In this document: positions 1 to 11,239 of the stretch, one piece after another
Position numbering within the stretch: position 1 is the stretch's first letter
Layout of the letters: each line of letters begins with the position of its first letter
Source: an uncultured Acidobacteriota bacterium
GTDB lineage: Bacteria > Acidobacteriota > Thermoanaerobaculia > Multivoradales > UBA5704
Direction: 5' to 3'
DNA: 64,000 bases
Assembly: GCA_963770895.1 (NCBI GenBank)
Contig: CAVYRF010000002.1
Coordinates: 352,001 to 416,000 of the forward strand
Position numbers and translations under genes: made by a program
The notes under the pieces: model-generated
The model's input: only the letters and a program-made list of their open reading frames with translations
Told to the model about the DNA's origin: nothing
Databases searched by the model: none

Positions 1-1190
1 TGCGCCCCCAGCGGCATGTCCAGGTAGAGGCCGGGGCCGTGGCGGCGGGCCTCGCCGGCGGCGTGCTCCATCTGCTGCTCCATCGCCCACTGCACCCACA
101 GGTGGTAGCGCAGGTCCTCTTCGTCGTAGTCGGCCGGCGCCAGGTGGCCCTCGCGCAGCCGTTCCGGCCACGCCTGCCAGCTTTCGCCCCGGCGGTCGCC
201 GACGGCGCGGAAGGCGGCGTAGTCGGCCAGGCTGGGGCGCGCCGCGACGAAGCTGTCCAGCTCCTGGCGGCGCGGTCCGGGATTGGCGAACACCCACGCC
301 GCCATCTCGTCGAGCACCCGCCGCTTGAGCGCCAGCACCCGCGGATAGTCCACCAGCGGCTGGGCGGCCAGCGCCCGCACCTCCGCCTCCAGCTCGGCCG
401 ATTCCAGCAGGCGCCGCGCCGCCGGACACAGGGTCGCCTCGGGCAGGCGCCGCGGGTCCAGAAAGATCTCGTTCCAGAAGCGGCGCGAGGCCGGAGCGTA
501 GGGGCTGGGGTCACACGGCACGTCCAGAAACGTGGCGAGCAGCGGCAGCGTCGCCACCACGCCGCCGCCCAGCCCCGCCGTCCACTGCGCCAGCGCCTCC
601 AGGTCGGTCAGGTCGCCGACGCCCCACGAGCGCGCGCTGTGCAGCGCGTAGAGCGGCAGAAACACCCCCCACAGCGGTGGGCCGCCGTCGCCCCAGGCGC
701 GCACCGGCGCGGCGATCACCGTGCCGCGCGCCGAGCGGCTGCCGATCTTCACCTCCAGCCGGTGGTAGCCGGGCGGCAGCGCCTCGGGCAGCACCAGGCG
801 GCGCGCCGTGGGCGACACGGCGGGCAGATTTTCCAGGTCCCAGGTCCAGGCGCGCCGCTCGCCGCCCGACTCCATGTCGAGGTGACAGACCACCTCGCCG
901 GCGCCGCCGCCCTGCGGCACCTGCAGCACCACGTCGCGCAGGTGGCCGTCCCAGGCGATCAGCACCGGCTCCACCAGCCGCGACTCCAGCTCGTCGCGGC
1001 GCGCGGCGAGCATCTCAGGCACGTCGCCCATACCGTCGAAGGGGCCGGCCAGGGCGCCCACCGCGGCCAGCAGCGATTCGGCGCTCGCCTCGACGTAGTT
1101 GCCCAGGATGTCGTGGTAGGCGGGCTGCACGCCGTACAGGCGGGCCAGCTCCACCAGGTCCTGGCGCTCGCGCTCGCTGCCGGCGCTCAC
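1..1190 (-). CDS. malQ: 4-alpha-glucanotransferase (amylomaltase, GH77), partial; runs off the left edge
   Basis: Not in the ORF track. Manual minus-strand translation gives [19 protein letters not shown]...[23 protein letters not shown]...[18 protein letters not shown]. The GTG start overlaps the treS stop (GTGA) and the gene follows glgE-treS. Confidence 0.88.
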   Translation of the reverse strand, partial: MSAGSERERQDLVELARLYGVQPAYHDILGNYVEASAESLLAAVGALAGPFDGMGDVPEMLAARRDELESRLVEPVLIAWDGHLRDVVLQVPQGGGAGEVVCHLDMESGGERRAWTWDLENLPAVSPTARRLVLPEALPPGYHRLEVKIGSRSARGTVIAAPVRAWGDGGPPLWGVFLPLYALHSARSWGVGDLTDLEALAQWTAGLGGGVVATLPLLATFLDVPCDPSPYAPASRRFWNEIFLDPRRLPEATLCPAARRLLESAELEAEVRALAAQPLVDYPRVLALKRRVLDEMAAWVFANPGPRRQELDSFVAARPSLADYAAFRAVGDRRGESWQAWPERLREGHLAPADYDEEDLRYHLWVQWAMEQQMEHAAGEARRHGPGLYLDMPLGA

Positions 1191-4100
1191 CGCGCACCGC
1201 CGCTGGCGGCGGCGCCACCGGCCGCGGGGTCGGCGGGCGCCGCCGGCCGCGGCAGGTCGAGGATCTGGCGGATGCCGGCGAGCGGGATGCCCACCCAGCC
1301 GGGCCGGTGGTTGAGCTCGTAGGCCAGCTCGTAGACGGCCTTTTCCAGCGTGTAGGCGTCCAGCAGGCTGGCCAGGTCGCCGCGGTCGGCGGGGATGAAC
1401 GAGGCGCCGGCGGTGCGCGCCAGGTAGGCGGCCAGGAACGTCGCCGCGACCCAGCGCTCCCAGTAGAGCGCCCAGCTTTCGAACATCGGCAGGTCGGTCG
1501 GCGGAATGATGCCGGTCGCCGACTCCTCGAACAGCCAGGCGAAGGCGGCGTACTGGAACGAGCGCAGCATGCCGGCCACGTCGCGCAGCGGCGACCGCTT
1601 GAGGCGGCGCTCCGACAGCGACCGCGCCGGCTCGCCCTCGAAATCGAGGATCACGAAATCCTTGCCGGTGTGGAGCACCTGCCCCAGGTGGTAGTCGCCG
1701 TGGGTGCGGATGCGGGTCGCCGCGATCTTGGGACCCAGCAAGGTGCCAAAGCGGGCCCGCACCTGGTCGGCGGCGGCGAGCACCGCCTCCGCCTGGTCGC
1801 GCACCTCGGGCGCCAGGTCGCCCAGCTGGCGGCGCAGCAGGTCGAAGGTGCGCGCGGTCAGGGTGCGCATCGACTCGTAGAGCGAGCGCTGGTGCAGGGT
1901 GGAGAACGGCTCGGGAGCAAAGGCGGCGTTGTCCGGCGGCGCCGAGGCGAGCGCCAGGTGGAGGTCGGCGGTGCGCTCGCCGAGCAGGCGCGCCGCTGGC
2001 AGGTAGGTGCCGATGCGCTCGTACAGGTCCGCCGGCGCACCCGCGCCGTCCGTCGCCGCGGCCGCGGCGGCCAGGTCGAGCAACGGCGCCGCCACCGCGT
2101 CGTGCGGCGCCGGGCCGAAGTCGCCGCGCCCCCAGCCGGTGCGCACCCGCTCGAAGTAGCGGCCCAGCGCCTCCAGGGTGAAGCTCCAGGCGTCCCCTTC
2201 GTTGGCGACGAAGCCGGTGAGCAGGGCGAGCGTCACCGGTTCCGCGCCGCGGCCGGCGCGCGAGGACGCGACGGCGGTGGCGGCGGCCGCCGCCGGCGAG
2301 GCAGTGCCGTGGGCGGCGTGGATGTCCAGGCCGCCGGCCAGCGGCGGCAGGTTGCGGAACGACGTCGATTCCAGCAGGAACCGCGCCACCTCCAGGTCGG
2401 GGTTGACGCCCGGCTCCAGCTTGCGCAGGAGCTTGAGCACCAGGCGGTCGCCGAAGCGCACCGAGCTGTTGCTCTGCTCGGTCGACAGCGGCCGCGGCGT
2501 CAGCTCGGCCGCCGTCTCGCCGCCGCCAACACCGCCGGCACCGCCACCGGCGAGGGCCGCAAACGACCGGTCCGTCCAGCTCGCCACCTCGCTTGCCGCA
2601 CCGGCGAAGCGGCGGCCGCCGCCGATCGCGGCCAGCAGGCCCAGGTCGAACGCCGGGTCGTCGAGCGGGTCGTAGAGCACCCCCAGGCCGGCCGGCGCCG
2701 CCGCGCCGGAGGTGGCGACGCGCGCCAGCCACCCCTGCGGGCGGCCGGGAGGGCGCGTGCCGGGCGTCTCTGCGGCCCAGGCCACCGGCACGGCGTAGCG
2801 TTCCGCTTCGCCCTGCTCGTAGGTGACGTCGAGCAGCAGCAGGTACGCCTCCGGCAGCGGCGGCGCGGCCGGCGTCAGCGGGATCACCTCGCCGATCGTC
2901 ACCGTGCGCAGGGTGCGCGCCTTGCCGGCGAACCAGCGCAGCGCCGGCAGGCGCGCGGCGATCGCCGCTTCGAATGCCGTCCTGCCGGTGCCCGCCAGGC
3001 AGGCGCGCCAGTCGCCGCCCGCCACCTGGAACTGCGGCACCTCCGCCGGCTCGCCGGCCTGGACGCGGCGGCGCGCGCGGCGCGACGGCTCGCGCACCAG
3101 CGAAAACCAGAAGAAGTTGTGCGGCCCCAGGGTGAGCGGATAGAGGCGCCCGGCGGCGATCGGCGGAAAGGCCGTGCCGCCGAACAGCTCGACCGGCGTC
3201 AGGCCGTCGTACGCCGCCAGGTCCAGCTCGATCGGCTGCACGAAGCGCGACAGGTTGGCGACCACCAGCAGCGTCTCTTCGGCCGACTGGCGCAGAAAGG
3301 CCAGCACGTGGTGGTTTTCGGGCTGCAGGAACTCCAGGCTGCCGCGGCTGAAGGCGCGGTGGCGCTTGCGCAGCGCGATCAGGCGCCGCGTCCACCACAG
3401 CAGCGAATGGGGATTGCCCTGCTGGGTCTCGACGTTGATCGCCTGGTAGTTGAATTCGGGATCGATGATCACCGGCAGGTAGAGGCGCTGCGGATTGGCG
3501 TTGGAAAAGCCGGCGTTGCGGTCGCCGTTCCACTGCATCGGCGTGCGCACCCCGTTGCGGTCGCCGATGTAGATGTTGTCGCCCATGCCGATCTCGTCGC
3601 CGTAATAGAGCACCGGCGCCCCCGGCAACGAGAACAGCAGGCTGTTGAGCAGCTCGATGCGCCGGCGGTCCTTGCCCAGCAGCGGCGCCAGCCGGCGGCG
3701 GATGCCGACGTTGATGCGCGCCTGCGCGTCCTGGGCGTAGACGCGATACATGTAGTCGCGGTCCTCGTCGGTCACCATCTCCAGCGTCAGCTCGTCGTGG
3801 TTGCGCAGGAAGGTCGCCCACTGGCAGCTGGCCGGGATGGCCGGCGTCTGCTCCAGGATGTCCACCACCGGGTAGCGGTCCTCCAGGCGCAGCGCCATGT
3901 ACAGGCGCGGCATCACCGGGAAGTGAAACGCCATGTGGCACTCGCCGGCGCCGTTTTCGGGGTCGCCAAAATAGGCGATCGAATCTTCCGGCCACTGGTT
4001 GGCTTCGGCGAGCAGCATGCGGTCGGAGAACTTGGCGTCGACGTGGGCGCGCAGCTGGCGCAGGAAGACGTGGGTTTCGGGAAGGTTTTCGCAGTTGGTG

Positions 4101-4804
4101 CCGTCGCGCTCGTACAGGTACGGCACCGCGTCCAGGCGCATGCCGTCGACCCCCATCTCCATCCAGAAATCGAGCGCCGCGTAGAGCGCCGCCTGGACGT
4201 CGGGGCTTTCGAAGTTGAGATCGGGCTGGTGCGAAAAGAAGCGGTGCCAGTAGTACGCCTTGGCCACCGGGTCCCAGGTCCAGTTGGAGGTCTCGGTGTC
4301 GGTGAAGATGATGCGCGCGTCGGCGTAGAGGCTGGGCGTGTCGCTCCACACGTAGAAGTTGCGCTCGGGCGTTCCCGGAGCGGCGCGGCGGGCGCGCTCG
4401 AACCAGGGGTGGCGGTCGGAGGTGTGGTTGACCACCAGCTCGGTCACCACCTTGAGACCGCGGCGGTGCGCCTCGTCCAGGAACACCTTGAAATCGTCGA
4501 GCGTGCCGTACGCCGGGTGGATGCTGGTGTAGTCGGCGATGTCGTAGCCGTCGTCGCGCCACGGCGAGGGATAGAACGGCAGCAGCCAGATCGCCGTGAT
4601 CCCCAGGTCGCGCAGGTAGTCCAGCTTGCCGGTCAGGCCGCGAAAGTCCCCCATGCCGTCGCCGTCGGAATCGGCGAACGCCCGCACGTGGATCTCGTAG
4701 AGGACGGCGTCCTTGTACCACAACGGATCGCCGCCGCTCCCCTGGCGCACCGCTCCCGTGTCGTCTTCATCCTGCTTTGTCGTCTTCGCGTCTCGAACGG
4801 CCAT
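1187..4804 (-). CDS. treS: Trehalose synthase TreS fused to maltokinase (Mak/Pep2)
   Basis: GH13 TreS motifs ([35 protein letters not shown]) followed by a kinase-like maltokinase domain ([24 protein letters not shown]). Confidence 0.95.
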   Translation of the reverse strand: MAVRDAKTTKQDEDDTGAVRQGSGGDPLWYKDAVLYEIHVRAFADSDGDGMGDFRGLTGKLDYLRDLGITAIWLLPFYPSPWRDDGYDIADYTSIHPAYGTLDDFKVFLDEAHRRGLKVVTELVVNHTSDRHPWFERARRAAPGTPERNFYVWSDTPSLYADARIIFTDTETSNWTWDPVAKAYYWHRFFSHQPDLNFESPDVQAALYAALDFWMEMGVDGMRLDAVPYLYERDGTNCENLPETHVFLRQLRAHVDAKFSDRMLLAEANQWPEDSIAYFGDPENGAGECHMAFHFPVMPRLYMALRLEDRYPVVDILEQTPAIPASCQWATFLRNHDELTLEMVTDEDRDYMYRVYAQDAQARINVGIRRRLAPLLGKDRRRIELLNSLLFSLPGAPVLYYGDEIGMGDNIYIGDRNGVRTPMQWNGDRNAGFSNANPQRLYLPVIIDPEFNYQAINVETQQGNPHSLLWWTRRLIALRKRHRAFSRGSLEFLQPENHHVLAFLRQSAEETLLVVANLSRFVQPIELDLAAYDGLTPVELFGGTAFPPIAAGRLYPLTLGPHNFFWFSLVREPSRRARRRVQAGEPAEVPQFQVAGGDWRACLAGTGRTAFEAAIAARLPALRWFAGKARTLRTVTIGEVIPLTPAAPPLPEAYLLLLDVTYEQGEAERYAVPVAWAAETPGTRPPGRPQGWLARVATSGAAAPAGLGVLYDPLDDPAFDLGLLAAIGGGRRFAGAASEVASWTDRSFAALAGGGAGGVGGGETAAELTPRPLSTEQSNSSVRFGDRLVLKLLRKLEPGVNPDLEVARFLLESTSFRNLPPLAGGLDIHAAHGTASPAAAAATAVASSRAGRGAEPVTLALLTGFVANEGDAWSFTLEALGRYFERVRTGWGRGDFGPAPHDAVAAPLLDLAAAAAATDGAGAPADLYERIGTYLPAARLLGERTADLHLALASAPPDNAAFAPEPFSTLHQRSLYESMRTLTARTFDLLRRQLGDLAPEVRDQAEAVLAAADQVRARFGTLLGPKIAATRIRTHGDYHLGQVLHTGKDFVILDFEGEPARSLSERRLKRSPLRDVAGMLRSFQYAAFAWLFEESATGIIPPTDLPMFESWALYWERWVAATFLAAYLARTAGASFIPADRGDLASLLDAYTLEKAVYELAYELNHRPGWVGIPLAGIRQILDLPRPAAPADPAAGGAAASGGAR

Positions 4805-4861
4805 CGATACCGCACTCCTTGCGCCGCCGCCGCGATGCGCCGCGGCAGCGCCGGACAGTTG

Positions 4862-6859
4862 CTATTGGAAGTAGTCGAAATCGTGCTCCGAGCGCACCCG
4901 ACGCCGCACGCGGAACAGATGCGCCGGCGTCTGCTGCGGATCCAGCTGGACGAAGTTGCGCGCCCCGGTCCACAGGTAGCGCGCGCCGGTCAGCAGGTCG
5001 TGGACCTGGAACGAGCGGCCGACCTCCAGCCCCAGCCGCGCCAGGTCCAGCTCCACCCAGCCCGACTGCACGTGGTGCGGGTCCAGGTTGACCACGGCGA
5101 CCACCGTGTTGTCGGTCCCCGCGGCCGATTTGCTGTAGCACAGCAGCTGCTCGTTGTCGCTCGGGTGGAACAGCAGGCCGGCATTGCTGCGCAGCGCCGC
5201 GTTTTCGCGCCGCACCCGGTTGAGCAGCGCGATCAGGTCGCGCAGGCTGTGCGGCGCCGCCAGGTCCCAGTGGCGCAGCTGGTACTTTTCCGAATCCAGG
5301 TACTCTTCGCTGCCGCGCTCGCGCGGCTGGCTTTCCAGCAGCTCGTAGGGCGGCCCGTAGATGCCGTAGCTGGCCCCCAGGGTCGCCGCCAGCACCAGCC
5401 GCTGGATGAACATCGGCCGGCCGCCGAACTGCAGCTGCTCGGTCAGGATGTCCGGCGTATTGGGCCACAGGCTGGGGCGGAAGAACTCCGCCACCTCGCT
5501 GCGCGTCAGCTCGGTGAAGTACTCCACCAGCTCCCAGCGCTGGGTGCGCCAGGGGAAGTAGTTGTACGACTGGGTGAAGCCCAGCTTCGCCAGGCGGTAC
5601 ATCAGCTTGGGACGGGTGAACGCCTCGGCCAGAAACAGCACGTCGGGATGGGCGGCCTTGATCTCGCCGATCAGCCACTCCCAGAATCCGAACGGCTTGG
5701 TATGCGGGTTGTCGACGCGGAAGATGCGCACGCCGACGTCGATCCAGTGCTCGAAAATACTCTTGAGCTCCTGCCACAGCTCGCGCCAGGCGTCGCACTC
5801 GAAGTCGAACGGATAGATGTCCTCGTACTTCTTGGGCGGATTTTCGGCGTACTGGATGCTGCCGTCCGGCCGCTTGCGGAACCATTCCGGGTGCTCGCGC
5901 ACGTAGGGGTGGTCGGGCGAACATTGAAACGCGATGTCCAGGGCGATCTCCATGCCGTGCTCGCGCGCCTGGGCGACGAACCAGCGGAAGTCGTCCAGCG
6001 TCCCCAGCTGCCGGTGCACCGCCTTGTGGCCGCCGCTCGCGTCGCCGATCGCCCAGGGGCTGCCGACGTCGCCGGCCTCGGCCTGGGGCTGGTTGTTGCG
6101 CCCCTTGCGATGGCTCACGCCGATCGGGTGGATGGGCGGCAGGTACAGCACGTCGAAGCCCATCTCGGCGATATACGGCAGCCGCTCGGCCGCGTCGCGC
6201 AGGCTGCCGTGGCGGCCCGGCTCGCGCCCGCACGAGCGCGGGAACATCTCATACCAGCTCGAAAAGCGCGCCCGCTCGCGGTCCACCACCACCGCCAGCT
6301 CGCGCCACGTGGCCGCATGCGCGCGGTCCGCGTGGCGGTCCATCAGCTGCGCCAGCTCCTCGTCGAGCGCCAGCTGCAGCCGCGCCGCAGGCTCCTTGCC
6401 CTGCTCCAAAGCCCGCGCCAGCCCCGCCAGCACCCGCCCATCCGCCTTGCGCCCGGCGGCGCGCGCCCGATCCGCGGCGCGGTTGATGAACGCGGCGCCG
6501 GCCAGCAGCTCGATCGCCACGTCCTGGCGCGCATCCACCCGCTTCTGCAGGTCGCGGCGCCAGGTCTTGAACGGGTCCACCCAGGCGGTCACCGTGTAGC
6601 GCCACCGCCCGACCGACGTCACCGTCACCTCTCCCCGGTAGCGGTCGTTGCCCAGCGCCTCCATCGCCACCTCGGTCCAGCCCGCGGCCCGCTCGTCGCG
6701 CACCAGCAGCAGGCAGCGCACCGCGTCGTGCCCGTCGACGAACAGGTCCGCCTCGACGGTCAGCCGCTCCCCCACCACCCGCTTCACCGCGAACCGCCCG
6801 CCGTCGAGCTCAGGCCGCACCCGGTCGATCACCACCCGCTGCCTGCCCTGGTCGTTCAT
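4862..6859 (-). CDS. glgE: Alpha-1,4-glucan:maltose-1-phosphate maltosyltransferase GlgE
   Basis: Motifs SWYEMFPRS, YLPPIHPIG, QCSPDHP, AENPPKKYEDIYP, FRVDNPHTKP, NTPDIL, EEYLDSEKYQ. Start is ATG 6859 or GTG 6871. Confidence 0.95.
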   Translation of the reverse strand: MNDQGRQRVVIDRVRPELDGGRFAVKRVVGERLTVEADLFVDGHDAVRCLLLVRDERAAGWTEVAMEALGNDRYRGEVTVTSVGRWRYTVTAWVDPFKTWRRDLQKRVDARQDVAIELLAGAAFINRAADRARAAGRKADGRVLAGLARALEQGKEPAARLQLALDEELAQLMDRHADRAHAATWRELAVVVDRERARFSSWYEMFPRSCGREPGRHGSLRDAAERLPYIAEMGFDVLYLPPIHPIGVSHRKGRNNQPQAEAGDVGSPWAIGDASGGHKAVHRQLGTLDDFRWFVAQAREHGMEIALDIAFQCSPDHPYVREHPEWFRKRPDGSIQYAENPPKKYEDIYPFDFECDAWRELWQELKSIFEHWIDVGVRIFRVDNPHTKPFGFWEWLIGEIKAAHPDVLFLAEAFTRPKLMYRLAKLGFTQSYNYFPWRTQRWELVEYFTELTRSEVAEFFRPSLWPNTPDILTEQLQFGGRPMFIQRLVLAATLGASYGIYGPPYELLESQPRERGSEEYLDSEKYQLRHWDLAAPHSLRDLIALLNRVRRENAALRSNAGLLFHPSDNEQLLCYSKSAAGTDNTVVAVVNLDPHHVQSGWVELDLARLGLEVGRSFQVHDLLTGARYLWTGARNFVQLDPQQTPAHLFRVRRRVRSEHDFDYFQ

Positions 6860-7113
6860 AGGCCCTGTCACGCCTCCCGCTTCAGCCCGTGCTGCCGCTG
6901 CCGCCTGCGAATCGCCTGCCATCCGGCAGCCCCGGGGCCGTCCGGCCGCCGTGGGCTACCGTGGGCCACCCCGGCCCGCGGGGGCATCATGCTACACCGG
7001 GCGGCGGCTGTGAAACCTCCCGGCCGTCCGCCTCGTCTCGGTAGAAGACCGGCGGCGGCAGGGAGGCGGCACCCCGCCCCACCCCCGCCACCCGGACCCG
7101 AAGGAGCACTGCA

Positions 7114-7677
7114 ATGCTGACCTGGAAAACGATGATGGGCTGGTCCCTGATGATCTTCGGCGCCGCCGCGGCGCAGGCCAGGGCCGACCTGTGGCTGCAC
7201 ATCAAGGTGCGCGACGCCAACGAAGGCAGCAAGGTCACCCTGGACCTGCCGCTCTCCGTCGTCGAAGCCGCCATGCCCTTCCTGCCCGCAGACGCCCGCT
7301 GCTCCGGCAGCCTGCGCGTCGGCGACCGCGACCTCTCCGTGGCCGACCTCCGCCACCTCTGGCGCGCCCTCTCCGAGCGCCCGGACGCCACCTACCTCAC
7401 CGTCCAGGGCTCCGACGGCAAGGTCCGCCTGGGCCGTGAATCCAACCACCTCATCATCCGCGCCACGGATCAGAGCGCCCACCACGGCGAGCGCATCGAC
7501 ATGCGCATCCCCGCCCCCGTCGTCGACGCCCTCCTCACCGGCGCCGACGACCAGCTCAACCTGGCCGCCGCCATGACAGCGTTGTCCCGCGCCGGCGAAG
7601 GCGACCTGGTCACCGTCAACAGCCACCACGAGACCGTCCACATGTGGGTCGACGCCGACAGCAACGGCGGCCGGTAG
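7114..7677 (+). CDS. Secreted hypothetical protein
   Basis: AGGAG RBS, signal peptide ending ARA, host-like GC3-rich codon usage. Confidence 0.75.
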   Translation: MLTWKTMMGWSLMIFGAAAAQARADLWLHIKVRDANEGSKVTLDLPLSVVEAAMPFLPADARCSGSLRVGDRDLSVADLRHLWRALSERPDATYLTVQGSDGKVRLGRESNHLIIRATDQSAHHGERIDMRIPAPVVDALLTGADDQLNLAAAMTALSRAGEGDLVTVNSHHETVHMWVDADSNGGR

Positions 7678-7693
7678 CCGCACGCCGGTCCTT

Positions 7694-7877
7694 CAAGAAA
7701 ACCCAAGGCGGCACCTCCGGGGCGGCCGTCGGGAGGACTCCCCTTGTCGTCGCGCTGCGGGCTCGCGGGCCGGCAAGCGGCTTGGCGGTGAGCCGTATCG
7801 CCAGCGGCTCCCGCATTTGCCTCGCCCCAGAGCGCCGCCAAGTGGACCCTCCCGCCATCCGCCCCTCCCCGGACTGC
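7694..7877 (+). repeat. Dispersed structured intergenic repeat, copy 1 (~185 bp)
   Basis: Reverse complement aligns by eye to 19720-19904 and 12683-12797. Contains complementary segments cttggcgg/ccgccaag and gagccg/cggctc. Confidence 0.85.
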
Positions 7878-8031
7878 GGTCCGTACCAGAGCCGCTAAAC
7901 CCCGGGGGTTCGGCGGTGGGATTCAGGCCTGGGCCAGCGTGGGCAGTGAGAACTTTGGATTCGTGTCCGTCTAGCGAGTAATAAGTGCGCAGGGCCTGCC
8001 GCCCTGCCCAAACTCAAAAGGCGGTGCGATC

Positions 8032-10056
8032 ATGCGGCGGCTGTGGCTTCTGCTCGGCCTCATCTCATTCATCCTTGGAGTAGGCATGCCCTTGGGGGCG
8101 AATGATCTGTGCGGTACCGTTAGCCCGGAGCTTTCATTGAACCCCAACGCCTGGACTGCCGTCGCCAGGTTGCCAGCCGCCCGCTTCGTGGTTTTCGATC
8201 CGGTTTCGAACTCTTTTGCGTTTGTTTCACCGTGCGTCCCCACCGGCGGCAAAGTCTTATCCTCGGACGAGAAGAACGTGGAAAGGCTCGATCGGCGACG
8301 CCTTGCCTTAACGACGCAGAAGATCAGCCTGCTGATCATGCCCTACAACCCACTCAACGGCGTCGTCACCTTGATATCCACTCTTGGCACCGGAACCGAG
8401 ATCGACGAAACGGTCAAGCAAGACCAGTCCACCACCACCAATACTTCGCCCGCGAATACCGCCAAATCCGGCAAAGGCACTCAGACCGACAAGAAGACGC
8501 CGCGGGCAAGCGACACGAAGCCAAGCGATCAGCATACAGCTCAGGCAGCTACGGGCGCCGGCAAAGTGCTGCAGGATGTGCAGACGAAGGCTGAGAGCGG
8601 CACGTCGCCCTCGCAGACAGCAAGCCAGAACAGGATCAAGTACGCCCCCAAGCAGAGCGGCAGGAGGGTTGGCAAGAATGCGGCCCAGTCCCAGGCAACC
8701 AGCGAGAACACGTCGGACGATGCAGCGCTTACCACTCTGTCCCAAAACGCCGGCAAGGCAGCATTTCGTCAAATGTACCAGAACACTCCTGGTACCAGTC
8801 CCGATTCCAAGGGCAAGGCAGATTACTGGGCCGAGTTGGTCTTCCTTGGCGCCCACGATTTTGACGAGCAATCCAAAGCGGCAGTTCCGGTTCTGGCGAC
8901 GTTGCATCAACATGTTGACTGCGCGACGCAACATGTCGCGGAGATGCCTATTGAGGTCAGCCGGCAATTCAGGAACGATGGTTTCAACCTGGCAAACGAC
9001 ATCACGCTCAAGCAGATCGAGGACGAGGCAAAGAAGCGCCTTGGCGTTCTGAAAAATGCGAGTACCTTCTATAAAGCGTGCACCGATGCAACCGGTGACA
9101 ATGCGCTGGAAGCCGATATCGCGGCTCTCCAGGCGAGACTGAACGCTAGCACCCAAGCGATCGACAGCCTGGCACAGGTTGCGGCCACACAGTCCAGGTA
9201 CCTTGAAATCGCCGCCGCCCTCCCAACTCCGAAAACGCTTTATGATGCTCCGATCACCGCGGATCAATGGAACAGCTGGATCAGTGCCACTCGCGCCGAC
9301 ATCAAGAACGAGCAGTCCGAGGCCCAGGCGCTGCAAACGGAGTTGCAAGACGTGTCCACTGAGGTTGGCAAGTTGCGCAGCGCCGGTGACACGTTCCTGA
9401 GCGCGGTAGCTTCACCTGCGTCGGAGATCCAGCGCTTCAACTTCGTACCGCTGCGCATGAACCAGTCAATCACGTTCAAAATCAGTCGCGGTGCGGCGCA
9501 GAAAGCCGATGGTGACAATGCGGACATCCCGGAACGGGTGAACTCGCTCACCCTGCTGTCGGCTCCAGCCTACCGGGTGCGGTTGGGGGCGGGCGCCGTA
9601 GATTCCTGGCTGGCCAACCCGACTTTCAAGGCGGGGGAGAAGGTAGGCTCGGGGGCGAATGCCAAGACGATCATCTCTGCCGACGACACCGGCGGCAGCG
9701 TTCTGCCCGCGGCCTTCGCCTATCACCATTGGGGCTATCGCTGCCCGTTCCTCGAAGCGACAACGATGGAGCGCCTGCTGCCGACCTTCTCGGTCGGCGT
9801 GGCCGCGGACGGATCCAAGACTTTGCAGCAGGTGCTGCTCGGTCTCACTTGGCCGTTAGCCGACGGTTTTGCGCTCAATGCCGGGTGGCATTGGGGAGAC
9901 GTCAACGGCCTTGAAAAGGGCCTGCACCTGGGCGATGCGGTACCGTCAAGCACCGACGTTTCCACCCTGGTGAGCAAGCGCTATACGGGCAGGGCTTACG
10001 TCGGCATTATCCTCAACTCGGACACGTTCCAGGGGCTGCGCGGCAGTAACAAGTAA
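8032..10056 (+). CDS. Secreted hypothetical protein: low-complexity linker, coiled-coil middle, beta-rich C-terminus
   Basis: 674-aa ORF with signal peptide MRRLWLLLGLISFILGVG, heptad-like Q/E/L/A region and amphipathic beta-like C-terminus. Codon usage is less GC-biased than the flanking genes. Confidence 0.8.
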   Translation: MRRLWLLLGLISFILGVGMPLGANDLCGTVSPELSLNPNAWTAVARLPAARFVVFDPVSNSFAFVSPCVPTGGKVLSSDEKNVERLDRRRLALTTQKISLLIMPYNPLNGVVTLISTLGTGTEIDETVKQDQSTTTNTSPANTAKSGKGTQTDKKTPRASDTKPSDQHTAQAATGAGKVLQDVQTKAESGTSPSQTASQNRIKYAPKQSGRRVGKNAAQSQATSENTSDDAALTTLSQNAGKAAFRQMYQNTPGTSPDSKGKADYWAELVFLGAHDFDEQSKAAVPVLATLHQHVDCATQHVAEMPIEVSRQFRNDGFNLANDITLKQIEDEAKKRLGVLKNASTFYKACTDATGDNALEADIAALQARLNASTQAIDSLAQVAATQSRYLEIAAALPTPKTLYDAPITADQWNSWISATRADIKNEQSEAQALQTELQDVSTEVGKLRSAGDTFLSAVASPASEIQRFNFVPLRMNQSITFKISRGAAQKADGDNADIPERVNSLTLLSAPAYRVRLGAGAVDSWLANPTFKAGEKVGSGANAKTIISADDTGGSVLPAAFAYHHWGYRCPFLEATTMERLLPTFSVGVAADGSKTLQQVLLGLTWPLADGFALNAGWHWGDVNGLEKGLHLGDAVPSSTDVSTLVSKRYTGRAYVGIILNSDTFQGLRGSNK

Positions 10057-10092
10057 TCGATCACCGGCGGCGCACTGCTGCAGGACCCTCGG

Positions 10093-10124
10093 CGGCGCTC
10101 CCAGGAGCGCCGGCGTTTGCTTTT
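10093..10124 (+). terminator. Putative intrinsic terminator
   Basis: Hairpin cggcgctc-ccag-gagcgccg followed by gcgtttgctttt, just downstream of the 8032-10056 gene. Confidence 0.5.
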
Positions 10125-10146
10125 ATCCCGCAAAAACGGTCAGCGC

Positions 10147-11120
10147 GCCGCAGCCGGCGCGGTGCAGGTCGGTGGGGGCCAGGGTGGGGAGCAGGCGACG
10201 GAGGTCGCGCAGGACCAGGGGCGGGGACAGCGAGCGGCGGATCTCGGCCAGGCCGGTGCGCCAGTGGCGGGCGGCGAAGCGCCAGAAGCCGCGGTAGGTG
10301 AGGATGTCCAGGGTGTCGCGCAGGGAAAAGCTGCCGCGGCGGTAGCCCTCCCGCTTCCAGGCGAGGAGCGCATTGGGGCCGGCTTCGACCTGGCCGCTGG
10401 TCATGCGGGTGAGGTGGAAGCCCAGGAAGGGGAAGCTGGGGTCGGGGACCGGGTAGATCAGGCCGCGGACGCGGCTGCGGGCAGCAGGGTCCAGGTCCCA
10501 ATATTCGCCGCGGACGGGGACGATGCGGATATCCGGCCGGTGGCCGCACAGGCGGGGCACGCGGTCGGCTTGCAGGCCGGCGCAGTTGATCAGCAGCGCG
10601 CAGCTCAGGGGGCCGCGGCGGGTGTCCAGGCGCAGGGCGCCGGGGCGGTTGGGGTCGGGGCGCGCGGCCAGCAGGCGGGCGCCGGTCACAACGTGGCTGC
10701 CGGCGGCGGCGATGCGCCGGGCATAGGCGTTGGCGACGGCGGGATAGTCGACGATGCCGGTTTCGGGCACCCACAGGGCGGCCAGGCCGCCGGCCTGGGG
10801 CTCGAAGTTGCGGATGTCCGCGGCGTCCACAAGCTGCAGGCCCGCCAGGCCGTTGTCGCGGCCGCGGCGCTCCAGGGCGGCCAGCGCCGGCAGCTCTGCG
10901 GGGGTGACCGCCACCACCAGCTTGCCGCAGCGCTCGTGCGCGACGCCCTCTTCGGCGCAGAAGCGATATAGCGCTTCGCGGCCGGCGACGCACAGGGACG
11001 CCTTGAGCAAGCCGGGCTTGTAGTACAGCCCCGAATGAATGACGCCGCTGTTGTGGCCGCTCTGGTGGGCGGCCAGGCGGTCTTCGGCTTCCAGCACGGT
11101 GACCCGCAGGTCGCCGCGCG
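10147..11120 (-). pseudogene. lhgO: Internal fragment duplicate of lhgO (L-2-hydroxyglutarate oxidase)
   Basis: Near-identical to 20083-21056. Lacks the N-terminal GxGxxG FAD motif and the C-terminal NAPSPAATAS. Confidence 0.9.
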
Positions 11121-11239
11121 GGCCATAATCATTCTGTGCTCCGATCTGCACGAGGCGATCGGCAGCCGGCTGTCGATGCGCCAGCCGGAGCACCGTAAGT
11201 CGCAAGATTCTCCCGGCTGCGAGGGAAAGAGGTCCCCGA

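Noticed and set aside
1187-4804. TreS-maltokinase fusion as a novelty
   Set aside because: A well-known, widespread fusion in GlgE-pathway operons.
39-7120. Long plus-strand ORFs (427 aa and 2147 aa)
   Set aside because: Antisense shadows of malQ/treS/glgE caused by high GC3; no protein motifs.
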